Origin: Macrostomum lignano
Taxonomy: Eukaryota
Assembly (NCBI GenBank): GCA_002269645.1
Contig: NIVC01000436.1
Span: 377,551 to 441,550, forward strand
Direction: 5' to 3'
DNA length: 64,000 nt
Position 1 is the stretch's first letter. Each line of letters opens with the position of its first letter. Below are positions 33,141 through 47,820 of the stretch, in pieces. Under the pieces are notes generated by a model that did not search any database, was not told where the DNA came from, and worked only from the letters and a program-made list of their open reading frames with translations. The position numbers and the translations under genes were made by a program.

Positions 33141-33787
33141 TGTCTCGTAAACACTCGCGAGCACTCTCAAACAAGGCCTCAAACCCCGGATGATGCAATT
33201 TGCCCTAGTTCCTGCCCCAGACTCGTCAGAGTGAAACCTATAAAAAGATATTTATCTAGTCTAGGCGCCAAGATTTCGACGCTAGATAATAAGCGAGAGA
33301 GGACTTTTGTTCGATGGCGATCCCCACGGGAGCCGACGGACAATCTGGTCGCCCTCGGCTCCGATCCTCGGCTCGCACTACCAAATTCCCCAAAGAGGGG
33401 GGGTATGGGGCAGGCCCGAACAGATCAAGTCTTCCCAATTCTAACCTTCAGGAAGAAGGAATGAGACCGCTGGAGCTCATGCAGAGAGAGGGAAATATGA
33501 GAGAAGAATTCGAATAGTTACGAATGAAAATTTTCGCCCTTGAGCGGCCAGTTATAGAGATGCTAGGCTGAGATTGAGATTGGGATTATATAGAATAGTT
33601 CGCATCGGATCCCAGCCCTGTCCGTTTAGGGAAGTTTCTGTAGGAAACCAAGGCTCTGTTTAATCAAAAGTCAAGCTCATAACACTTATTTTCTGATCTT
33701 CTAGGTGTAATTTAGTTCTCTTTCTAGTTGCGCAAACAATTTATATTTTTAGTTGGCAACAAATTTAGTTAAATTAGGCAACTATCA

Positions 33788-34525
33788 ATTCCACCCTACC
33801 CAACTCCACCCTACCCAAATCCACCCTACCCAACTCCACCCTACCCAAATCCACCCTACCCAACTCCACCCTACCCAACATTACCCTACCCAAATCCACC
33901 CTACCCAATTCCACCCTACTCAAATCTACCCTACTCAACTCTACCCTACCCAACTCTACCCTACCCAAATCCACCCTACCCAACTCCACCCTACCCAAAT
34001 CCACCCTACCCAACTCTACCCTACCCAACTCCACCCTACCCAAATCCACCCTACCCAACTCCACCCTACCCAAATCCACCCTACCCAACTCTACCCTACC
34101 CAACTCCACCCTACCCAAATCCACCCTACCCAACTCTACCCTACCCAAATCCACCCTACCCAAATCCACCCTACCCAACTCTACCCTACCCAAATCCACC
34201 CTACCCAACTCCACCCTACCCAACTCCACCCTACCCAACTCCACCCGACCCAATCCACAATACCCAACCCACCCTACCCAACTCCACCCTTCCCAATCCA
34301 CAATACCCAACCCACCCTACCTACTCTATCCTACACAACTCCACCCTACCCAACTCTACCCTACCCAACTCTACCCTACCCAACTTTACCCTACCCAACT
34401 CCACCGTACCCAATCCACAATACCCAACCCACCCTACCCAACTCCACCCTACCCAACTTTACCATACGCAACTCCACCCTACCCAACTTTACCCTACGCA
34501 ACTCCACCCTACCCAACTTTACGCT
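33788..34525. repeat. 15-bp C-rich minisatellite (CCACCCTACCCAA(C/A)T); G-rich on the minus strand
   Basis: About 45 copies directly visible. Confidence 0.97.
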
Positions 34526-35089
34526 GCGCAACTCCAGCCCTTACCTAAAAATCAAAATTGCTTCAATACAGCATTTATCCCAAAATAATCCCTCTTATTC
34601 TAGAAATAATAAATCCCAGGCTTTAGGTACAGTTCTGCGCAATTCACTCAGACATCGTGAATTCTCTCTCCGATCCAACTCCCTCATCCATTTTACTTTC
34701 CATCTCTCCCGCAAACTACTCTCTCCTTCCTTAGTCCAGTCTTTAATTTGTACTTTTTTGCTGGGATATTTTCCTGCCAGAGACTGACCGTCCAGCAATC
34801 GGATATTCAACGTTGGGGTCAATTTAGCCAATGCACAGCACAGGCAAGAGGGTAATTAGTTCAGTGTACGCATTTAGGAGGAAAAGAGCCATCAAGAGTC
34901 CAAGGACAGCGGCCGAACACAGTTTATAAGCAATAGAAGGTATCTTTCGTTCTTATTTATCCCAGCTACATATCCTACAGCTAATCTTTTAGAGTAAAGC
35001 TGATTTTGTAAAATATTTTGACAACGCATTGTTTGTTGGCTATATGCATTGGGATTATCATTATTCTTGTGCTGCATCAAACCTGAACG

Positions 35090-35580
35090 TGAGTCAGTCT
35101 CCCAGTCACTATCCCAGTCACTCTTCCAGTGACTCTGCCAGCTACTCTTCCAGTCACTCTCCCAGTGACTCTTCCAGTGACTCTGCCACCTACTCTGCCA
35201 GTCACTCTTCCAGTCACTCTCCCAGTCACACTTCCAGTCACTCTCCCAGTCACTCTTCCAGTCACTCTTCCAGTCACTCTTCCAGTGACTCTGCCAGCTA
35301 CTCTCCCAGTCACTATCCCAGTCACTCTCCCAGTCACTCTTCCAGTGACTCTGCCAGCTACTCTCCCAGTCACTATCCCAGTCACTCTCCCAGTCACTCT
35401 TCCAGTGACTCTGCCAGCTACTCTCCCAGTCACTATCCCAGTCACTCTCACAGTCACTCTTCCAGTGACTCTGCCAGCTACTCTCCCAGTCACTATCCCA
35501 GTCACTCTCCCAGTCACTCTCCCAGTCACTCTCTCAGTCAGTCTCTCAGTCAGTCTCCCAGTCACTCTCCCAGTCACTCA
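35090..35580. repeat. 12-bp minisatellite (CCAGTCACTCTC/T) with a 60-bp higher-order unit
   Basis: Lines 35281-35520 repeat almost exactly every 60 bp. Confidence 0.95.
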
Positions 35581-36057
35581 GCCCCTTACTGTTTGCCATC
35601 TTGGCTCACCAGAGAATTGACTGCTTCAATATAATTCCCATCACCTCTCTCTAATCATCCGCCTGCAGTTCTCCCTTCCCTCCCAGAGGGCAAATCAGCA
35701 AAAAGGGGATTAGCAGGCCATCCTCCCCGAATATGTTGTCAGCTTCCTCATTTCCGCTTGTGCCCACCATCCATCTCATATTTTTCATCTCCCAGACCTG
35801 ACCGCGATGACGATGACGGGCAAGGCAATGCATTATTAAATTATAAATGACAGATTAAAGTAGCGGTCGCCATAGCATGGGGTTTCAGATTTGGTGGGGG
35901 GGTTCTGTCGGGATAGGGGAGGATAACGAAATCCTGAGCAAGGAAGTTTGCGGGGTTAGGTGGGCAGAGTTATTGCTGTAATATAAAGTAAATACTTGCG
36001 AAAAAAACAACAGGATTTTTTTATCGATTTCATTGCTATATTTGATACCAATTTAAA

Positions 36058-36815
36058 CACACTCCGTCCCACACTCCAATCAACCTGTGTCTCACACTCC
36101 AATCACCCTGTGTCCCACACTCCAATCACCCTGTGTCCCACACTCCAATCACCCTGTGTACCACACTCTAATGGCCCTGTGTACCACACTCCAATCACCC
36201 TGTGTCCCACACTCCAATCACCCTGTGTACCACACTCTAATCGCCCTGTGTACCACACTCTAATCGCCCTGTGTCCCACACTCTAATCGCCCTGTGTCCC
36301 ACACTCTAATCGCCCTGTGTGCCACACTCTAATCGCCCTGTGTCCCACACTCTAATCGCCCTGTGTCCCACACTCTAATCACCCTGTGTCCCACACTCCA
36401 ATCACCCTGTGTCCCACACTCGAATCACCCTGTGTCCCACACTCGAATCACCCTGTGTCCCACACTCTAATCGCCCTGTGTCCCACACTCCAATCACCCT
36501 GTGTCCCACACTCCAATCACCCTGTGTCCCACACTCCAATCACCCTGTGTCCCACACTCTAATCGCCCTGTGTCCCACACTCTAATCGCCCTGTGTCCCA
36601 CACTCTAATCGCCCTGTGTCCCACACTCTAATCGCCCTGTGTCCCACACTCCAATCACCCTGTGTCCCACACTCCAATCACCCTGTGTCCCACACTCCAA
36701 TCACCCTGTGTCCCACACTCCAATCACCCTGTGTCCCACACTCCAATCACCCTGTGTACCACACTCCAATCACCCTGTGTCCCACACTCCAATCACCCTG
36801 TGTCCCACACCCCAC
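36058..36815. repeat. 23-bp minisatellite CACTCCAATCACCCTGTGTCCCA
   Basis: Directly visible. Confidence 0.96.
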
Positions 36816-37504
36816 ACTCAGTGAGAACTGACCTCCTATCATTCACTGTCTACTCTCTCTTTTATCTTTGTTTCTCTTTGGTCTTTCACCCCCAAAAATA
36901 TTTTCGTCAGTTGTTGACCAGCAGCGGTAGATCGACGAGGCGCGCTCATAATTAAAAGCGATCCCGAAAAGTCTATACGAAAGGAAATGTGCTGGGCCCT
37001 GTAATTTTATTAGCCAGCTATGTCGGTTTTCTGTGCATGATAATTGCTGTAATTATAGATAACAAAGTAGGCTCAGATGAGCGCCATGCAATATGTATCC
37101 GATGCTTTGATTTTTATCTAGATTGGAAATTTTCGGCTTCTTAGATTTTTAGGATGCATCGGGAGTATAAGACGATATTCGAGCATAGCAGCTCGAGTTC
37201 GGTTATCACCTACCGGGGAAATTTAATTGATTTCGAGTTGGCGCCGTCGCTATTCGAATTTCAACAAAAATTCTTCTTCAACTGAGAGAGAAATTGGAAG
37301 TGATCGTTGCTTTGAGGGCCAACGGCCGGCCGCAACGGTCGAGGTCACCTTGCGTGACGACTAATTTTCTTGGAAACTTGATCGCCTCTCAACTGAGATT
37401 TGATCTGCAGCCACTGCGCGTCTCTGCTGGTCTCCGCAGCATTCGGGTTGTTGGTTCAACTCCTCTGCCTTGCCTCCCTACCTGTGTTACAGCTGTGTCT
37501 GTCT

Positions 37505-39953
<2,449 letters not shown>

Positions 39954-40338
39954 GTATCAAATGCTCCTGAAATTAAATAACTCATTTTTTCTGCATAGAA
40001 ATCAAAGAAAAAATGCTGAAACAATGGGGGTTCCGGCCAGCCCAGGCCGCAGCTGGTGGCAAGCGAGTTAATCCAAACCCTATCAGGGTGAAATGACCCT
40101 TGTACGAATGCATTATAAATCACTGCTTGCACTATACTAATTTTTTTGTATCGGCTGATTGTGAAAATGTGGCGCGACTTTTTATTAGAATAAATCTATA
40201 AATTAGCCGGGCTATTCGTGTCTAATTCCCACACTTGGTTGAGGCTTTTTAATTCGAAATCCATTCTCTGATAGTGGCGACGTAGTTTTGCTTAATTTCC
40301 CAGACAAATTAATTTCCGGATTAGGCGCTAAAAGAAAC

Positions 40339-42636
40339 ATGTCTTTTAAAACGGTTTCGGTGCTCTTTGTTGTCGCCCTACTGTCTGTGACTTTCAGCTG
40401 CGGACTGGGTGATGACGTCATCACGGTGGCCGAGTAAGTTCCTAGTCTGTCTGGAGCGGTCTTATACAGGGACAGGAGTTTAGTTCGAAAGTACATGTAC
40501 GGGATGTCATGTTTGAAATTGATGAATAAGATTTGAAAAAAACAGGAACAGAAGAGAGAAGAAAGGAAAAAGGAGCGAGGAGAGATGAGAGAGAAGAGAG
40601 AAGAGAGGAGAGAGGAGAGAGGAGAGAAAAGAGAGGAGAGAATAGAGAGGAGAGAGGAGACAGAAGAGATGGAGTAGGAGAGAGGAGAGAGGAGAGAGGA
40701 GAGAGAAGAGAGGAAAGAAAAGAGAGTATAGAGGAGAGAGGAGAGAGGAGAGAGGAGAGAGGAGAGAGGAGAGAAGAGAGAGGAGAGAGGAGAGAGGAGA
40801 GAGGAGAGAGGAGAGAGGAGAGAGGAGAGAAGAGAGAGGAGAGAGAGAGAGAGGAGTGAGAAGAGATGAGAGAGAGGAGAGAGAGAGAGAGAGAAGAGAG
40901 AGGAGCGATCAAAGAGGAGAGAGAGAGAGAGGAGAGAGGAGCGATCAGAGAGGAGAGAGGAGAGAGAAGAGAGGAAAGAAAAGAGAGGAGAGAGGAGAGA
41001 GAGGAGTGAGAAGAGATGAGAGAGAGGAGAGAGAGAGAGAGGAGAGAGGGGCGATCAGAGAGGAGAGAGAGAGAGGAGAGAGGAGCGATCAGAGAGGAGA
41101 GAGGAGAGAGAAGAGAGAGGAGCGATCAAAGAGGAGAGAGAGAGAGAGAGGAGAGAGGAGCGATCAGAGAGGAGAGAGGAGAGAGAAGAGAGGAAAGAAA
41201 AGAGAGGAGAGAAAAGGGAGGAGTGAGAAGAGATGAGAGAGAGGAGCGATTAGAGAGGAGAGAGGAGAGAGAAGAGAGAAGAGAGATAAAACAGAGGAGA
41301 GAAAAAGAGGAGAGAGAGTGGAGCAGAGTAGAGTGTCAGGTTCACAAGACGTTAACTCAATACAAGTATTATTGGCTGAACATTTGATCATGGCCCGATG
41401 AACCTGCAGCTGCAAGACTTTGTAGATAGGCTCAGTCCAGAGCGGCAGCGAGTGCCTCAAAGAGCAGAGTTTTCAGCTCGAATCCATGCAAAATTTGCTT
41501 TAGCATCTCGGGTTGCCCTCGCGTGGGCCAGATAACTTACCAGCCTCCTGAGGTATCGCTCGGAGCCCGTGTCCCAGAGCTTGTTTGGGCACCTCAGTGT
41601 ATTTGCCCACCAATTGAACGGGCAGAGCCTGTAGTGCACTGCTGGATTGATAAAGTTCAAGATTCCTACTTTGCCGATATAAACTTTAGAGACCAATATA
41701 TGTATTGCACTCTTTTGGCCCATTCACGCACTCCATGTGCGTCTTTTGTGCACTCCATGTCCCTTCATGTCTCTCCCTCTCTTACGCACTCCATATCTCA
41801 CCTCTACGCACTCCATGCCCCTCCTTTACGCACTCCATGCCCCTCTTTTACGCACTCCATGTGCGTCTTTTGTGCACTCCATGTCCCTCCTCTACGCACT
41901 CCAGGTCCCTCCTTAACACACGCTATCACACCATATCTCACCATGGCCCCCCTCACAAATCCCTGCTGTCGCCCGCGTCCATTCCTTGATCAGATACAAG
42001 GAAACGCTGCAGCAACTGGAACAGTTCAACATCATCACGGAGACGCTGGAGAAGATCCGCGACTTGCTAGACCAAGCCGCCCAGGTTGGCCGGGAAAAAC
42101 TGATGGAGGTGCTGCAGTCTGAAGCCCTGAAAACTCTGCTGAACTTCCTGCCGTCTTACCTTCGCGACTGGCTGGATGGCTACATCAAGGATCTGCTGGA
42201 GAACCTTAACGACCCCATTGCCTGTGAGTGCCGATTAGGAATACTTACTTCTATAGGTTCAACATCGGCTTACACGGGGTTTCTGCTATTTAAAATCTCG
42301 TTCACGTGGTTTGTTAGTCCCCCGAAACACCATATGGGGTGTCTGTCATCCACTACACCATATGGGGTGTCTGGCATCCACTACATCATATGGGGTGTGT
42401 GGCATCCACGTCTGTGGCATCCACTACACCACGTAGGGTGTCTGTCATCCAACATCTCCTTTACGTAGGGTATCTGCAAAGCTGCATGTTTAAGCTTTGA
42501 AAAAAGCAAGACTTCTAAAAACCGGGACTTAACGGCACCCATCTCTCCTCTTGTTTCAGTCACCAACTTGCAGCAAGCCATGCAGTCCGCCGCCAAGGTC
42601 TACACTGAGATGTCCTACAAAATGAAGAGATTTTAA
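40339..42636 (+). CDS. Unknown 133-aa secreted, alpha-helical protein
   Basis: Exons 40339-40433, 41994-42223, 42560-42636 with canonical GTAAGT/GTGAGT donors and CAG acceptors join in frame (402 nt). N-terminal hydrophobic signal peptide MSFKTVSVLFVVALLSVTFSCG. Confidence 0.78.
40545..41335. repeat. GA-rich (GAGAG)n polypurine tract in intron 1 of the secreted-protein gene
   Basis: Directly visible; includes a recurring GAGCGATCAGAGAG sub-unit. Confidence 0.96.
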
Positions 42637-43751
42637 GTTGACCTAAATCTTTATGTAAAAAGAGAATACAATGCTCAAGACCTATTGCTCGTATTGAAAA
42701 AATATATAAACAGCTGAATATTTTGGCAGACCTATAATCTTTTCCACTGTTGCAGTTTCAAGGTTCATGAAGTATCTAGCCAGCATTGAAGTGCATAGTA
42801 GGATCAGGGATTTACTGGTTAATTCCCTGCACCAACAATGTCCGCTCTATGCAGAGTGAACCCGCTGTTTACAGAGATAATGTATATTATAGGATCTGCA
42901 ACTAAGTCTCTGCTTGGCCACGATATTAAAAAACTTTGACTTAAAACATGGCAGGCGTGGATACAGATAAGACCTTAAGACGCAACCAGAAAAAGAGAGG
43001 CGAGACGGCGGGAGCAAGAAATTAATAACTCTGCCAAGAAATTGATTCCTCGCCTTCAATGTTAAACTTCCTACCCGAGTCCTGCGAGTTTTAATTACTC
43101 TTAGTCTCGATTTTCGACGCAGCTAAAGGCCTTATCGAAGTTGGCGCCTTCGTTCAATTCATTTTTAGGTTGAATGAAATCTTTTCTTATTGAGCTACAG
43201 TTCTTGCAGCCACCAGTTACAGTTTAGTAGTACATTTGACTTCTCACGGCAAAGAAGTAGGAACAGTATTGAGAGATGGACGTACTGGTACTGCAGAGCG
43301 ATTTAGGAGCAATAGACCTCACTATATACTACTATTGTCAGTAGAGTTGGATAGGACTTCAAGAGAGTATTTTAACAAATTTTGCTCGGCACTGCCTCCG
43401 AAATAGTCTCAAGTCAATTAGACAGGTTCTCAGCAATAGCGCGCCTTCAAAACTGCCTCATCACCTCTGCAGCCTGTTGTGCGAACGCGTGCGAGCAAGG
43501 GGTCTCCCCTCTTCGTCATGGTCGATAAAAAATTCAAGGCTAAGGACAGTGCTTCGAAAGATGAAGGAAGTTGAAAATAAATTGTACCAGATCAAAGACA
43601 AGTGAAATATCGGTTCTCCCGAATTTTCATCTCAGTGTAGCGAGTTTAAAAAGCTACTTAAGACTGAGAAAGTGTTTTATCTTAATAGCTATTAGTTTTG
43701 AACTTACAAATTCACCGACAGCAATTTCGAATTTGTCAAGTGTTACTAAGC

Positions 43752-45253
43752 ATGCTCAGTTTTAGTCTCAAATCGGAGTTTACTTGCTTGCTACTGCTGT
43801 CAGCTCTGACTAATTTGACATGGAGCTTCCCCGGTGCCGCAAATGAGGCTCGACTGGGTCCTAAAACTGGTAAGCAGTTCTGGAAATTATTTAAAAAAGC
43901 AACATAACAAATACCAGCTACATCACTTACTGGTTTTAAAATTCTTTCTTGGTGCCTTTCCCTCTCCTAGAAGCTTCTAGACCGTTGCGTCTGCGCTCGT
44001 ACTACATACTAGATGCCGCTGGATTCTGGATAACGCTGTGTTTAGAAAACTCTGGATGACGGTGTCTTTGGAATACTCCGGATGACCGTGTCTTTAGAAT
44101 ACTCCGGATGACCGTGTCTTTAGAATACTCCGGATGACCGTGTCTTTAGAATACTCCGGATGACCGTGTCTTTAGAATACTCCGGATGACGGTGTCTTTA
44201 GAACACTCTGGATGACGGTGTCTTTAGAACACTCTGGATGACGGTATGCTTAGAACACTCTGGATAACGCTGTGTTCAGAAAACTCTGGATGACGGTGTC
44301 TTTAGACGCTCTGGATGACCGTGTCTTTGGAATACTCCGGATGACGGTGTCTTTAGACGCTCCGGATGACCGTGTCTTTAGAATACTCCGGATGACCGTG
44401 TCTTTAGAATACTCCGGATGACCGTGTCTTTAGAATACTCCGGATGACCGTGTCTTTAGAACACTCTGGATGACGGTGTCATTAGAACACTCCGGATGAC
44501 CGTGTCTTTAGAACACTCCGGATGACCGTGTCTTTAGAATACTCCGGATGACGGTATGCTTAGAACACTTTGGATAACGGTGTGTTTAGAACACTCTGGA
44601 TGACAGTGTCTTTAGAACACTCTGGATGACGGTGTCTTTTTGAACACTCTGGATGACGGTGTCTTTAGAACACTCCGGATGACCGTGTCTTTAGAATACT
44701 CCGGATGACCGTGTCTTTAGAACACTCTGGATGACGGTAAGCTTAGAACACTTTGGATAACGGTGTGTTTAGAACACTCTGGATGACAGTGTCTTTAGAA
44801 CACTCTGGATGACGGTGTCGTTTGAACACTCTGGATGACGGTGTGCCTAGAACACTCTGGATGACGGTGTCTTTAAAACACTCTGGATGACGATGTTTTT
44901 ACTACCCTTTGTCTCACTCAGGTCTTCGTTCCTTCTATCATCTCAGCTTGCAGTCAACTTCTAATCAAACAGTTGCTGAAATTTTTAGACAACAAACCAA
45001 TCGTTGGTTTAACGCTGCATATCCTCGATCTGAACGAAGATCAACCGGAGGGAACCCGGATGAAACGCGTGATAGATTTGACCGAACCGGCGACTTACCA
45101 CTGCGGCAAGTGTCCAACTTGTCTGTGCTATTACAGGCGCTGGCGATGATGGACAGACGGCAGCGATTGAACTTCTGGACATTGCTGACTAAACGAACTC
45201 TTTTGAAACTGATTAACATCCTTGCTGAAGGAAAAGAAAAAATGACACCTTGA
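43752..45253 (+). CDS. Unknown 149-aa secreted protein, candidate neuropeptide precursor
   Basis: Exon 43752-43869 (signal-peptide-like MLSFSLKSEFTCLLLLSALTNLTWS, phase-1 GTAAGC donor) splices in frame to 44922-45253 (acceptor CTTTGTCTCACTCAG). Confidence 0.65.
44025..44895. repeat. 26-bp minisatellite TTAGAATACTCCGGATGACCGTGTCT
   Basis: About 33 variant copies filling most of the intron of the 149-aa gene. Confidence 0.96.
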
Positions 45254-46351
45254 TAAGAATCGAACCTTCGATAAAAATCACGATCTTTTTTGGAATTTTT
45301 ACTTTCAGTAGCTATTGCATACATTAGAAAGATCGCAACAGTATATTATAAATAGTGTATATTACAACAGCATCTTATAAATGCTATTGCATTTATTTGC
45401 ACTATCATTATAGATCGCAACAGTAACTACATGTGAAATGACCTCATGGACAACTGCCATGGACAAAATCGGTCGAGAAGAATCTGCGCTAGAAAAATCC
45501 AATTTCCCGACCCCCCCCCCCCAATCACATTTCTAAGAAAGCAAAAAGTATAGCGGCCTACTTCTTGAGTGACCTACAACTGAACTTTCGGATTTTAACT
45601 TCGAGGATACTTCGAGCCTGACTCTTTGCAGTGCAAAATATGAGGAACACTTTTCTCCGTTTGCTTGTGAATGGAATTGATACACACATCAATCAATGTC
45701 TGACAGATCCACGTAGTTTGTCTTGCTCCCCTCCCCGTCACTCTGCGAGGGACAGGAATTAATTCGGGTGAGAATAATTTGAGCAAGATAAGGTAGAGGT
45801 AGCCTACGACGAGTTTACCGCGCATGCATGAAAACATTAATCAACTGCAATCAAAATCCATATGGTTGTTTCCCATTGCGCTGTTGTGCAGCATAGGCGC
45901 AATTTAGAAAATGTGAAAATTCTTACACTTAAAGACAAATTAGTGTTTGTTTTGTGAATCCGTTGTACCCAAACATTCGCTGCGCATGTGTATTAACTTA
46001 CAGTTGGACAGCAATTGTTTCCTGTTTTTATAGACTTACACGCTGAAATTGACACTAAGCTGCACTATATAGTTACATACACGTATATTAAGACAGAAAA
46101 TTGTTGACAGAACTCGCATAGCTAGACAGATAAACTATAAACTGTTTTACGAGTACCACGGGGGAATCGCGAATAACAGATAAGCGTTTGCGATGATTGA
46201 CACAGTCCTGAGGCGTATCCAGAGGAAGGCCAGGGGTGTAAGTAAAAAAATGTATAGCGCTTCTCGGGAAACTAATGACAGAAGCTTAAGTTTTGCCTCC
46301 ACTTAAATGTGGAATGGTATCTGCCGGTCTTAGAGATGGAAGTACGGGCAT

Positions 46352-46935
46352 TCACCAAGAGACAGGGGCGCCCACCAACAGATAGGGGCGCCCAGCAAGA
46401 GACAGGGGCAGCCACCAACAGACAGGGGCGCCCACCAACAGATAGGGGCGCCCACCAACAGACAGGGGCGCCCACCAAGAGACAGGGGCGCCCAGCAAGA
46501 GACAGGGGCGCCCACCAACAGATAGGGGCGCCCACCAACAGACAGGGGCGCCCACCAATAGATAGGGGCAGCCACCAACAGACAGGGGCGCCCAGCAAGA
46601 GACAGGGGCGCCCACCAATAGATAGGGGCGCCCAGCAAGAGACAGGGGCAGCCACCAACAGACAGGGGCGCCCACCAACAGATAGGGGCGCCCACCAACA
46701 GACAGGGGCGCCCACCAAGAGACAGGGGCGCCCAGCAAGAGACAGGGGCGCCCACCAACAGATAGGGGCGCCCACCAAGAGACAGGGGCAGCCACCAACA
46801 GACAGGGGCGCCCACCAACAGATAGGGGCGCCCACCAAGAGACAGGGGCGCCCAGCAAGAGACAGGGGCGCCCAACAAGAGACAGGGGCGCCCACCAAGA
46901 GGCAGGGGCGCCCACCAACAGATAGGGGCACCCAC
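46352..46935. repeat. 20-bp minisatellite GA(C/T)AGGGGCGCCCACCAA(C/G)A
   Basis: Directly visible; the overlapping ORFs on both strands are repeat translations. Confidence 0.97.
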
Positions 46936-47634
46936 CAGAAAGAGAAAAAAAATTATTGTTTGCATCACCAGAGAAACACATCGAAGAATTCTCCTAAAGG
47001 GGAATTCCGTTTAACGTCAATTCTTAAAAGGAGAATTCATTAAGAAGAAATTCATTTTATCTCTAAGGGGAATTCCATCCTTCGGTAGGGAATTCTATCA
47101 AATGAAATTTTCTTTATTTTGGAATGCTTTCCAATATAATGGAAACTTTTCCTTAATAAAAATCAACTTAATGGAGAATTCTATCCAGGAGAATGTCCTT
47201 CAAGCGGATAATTAAAACTACAAAAAATCAAGTTAGCTAGTTTTGCGCCTGCATTAAAGAGCCTCGCATAGCTAGTATATTTATTTAGCCAATGAATACA
47301 AATTGTCAGGGCCAAAGTTCTTATACTTAAAAGGTCTGCAGCCGCCCAAATGACCGCGTGGGCTGGGCTCAGGGGCAGATGGGAGGAGTCCAGTTACTCT
47401 GCACGTCGCAGCTCCAACGCCCTAACAACTGGTCGTGGACGTACAGAAAAATTTCCTGACCCATGGAGAATAAACATGCTATAGAGTGGACTGGAGGGGG
47501 GCAAGACGGAGAGACAAGTCCTGCACCAACCCTGCCTCCGCCTGCACCGCCCATACAAACTCTCCAATAGAAAATAAAGAAAATATAGAGAGAGGGGAAG
47601 GCGGAGTTGCGTAGGAAATCCCAAACCACAAGCC

Positions 47635-47643
47635 TTTATATAA
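47635..47643 (+). promoter_or_regulatory. Putative TATA box of the otopetrin gene
   Basis: TTTATATAA about 100 bp upstream of the ATG at 47740, with a CCAAT near 47564. Confidence 0.4.
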
Positions 47644-47739
47644 TAGAAGTTAGGCATTATTAGTTAGAGAACTTCAGAGACTCCAACTTCCATACCAATA
47701 CCTAAATCAATTAGTTCAAGACTGCATGATTGCAACGGC

Positions 47740-47789
47740 ATGGGAAAGTTCGATTCCTTGTTGAGACGGGTGACCCATCGTAGTCAACC

Positions 47790-47820
<31 letters not shown>

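Noticed and set aside
33753-34787. 344-aa (PTQLH)n pentapeptide-repeat ORF
   Set aside because: TTG start; a 15-bp minisatellite open on both strands; no signal peptide or unique domain.
35029-35634. Ser/His/Tyr-rich ORF resembling a Pol II CTD or adhesive protein
   Set aside because: A 12-bp minisatellite with several frames open; no credible start or splice links. Only RNA-seq could revive it.
43974-44030. Possible extra exon (EASRPLRLRSYYILDA) in the candidate neuropeptide gene
   Set aside because: It has a plausible acceptor and phase, but no convincing GT donor before the satellite begins.
46272-47043. 200-244-aa ORFs on both strands (GRPPTDRGA / WWAPLSVGG repeats)
   Set aside because: Translations of the 20-bp minisatellite.
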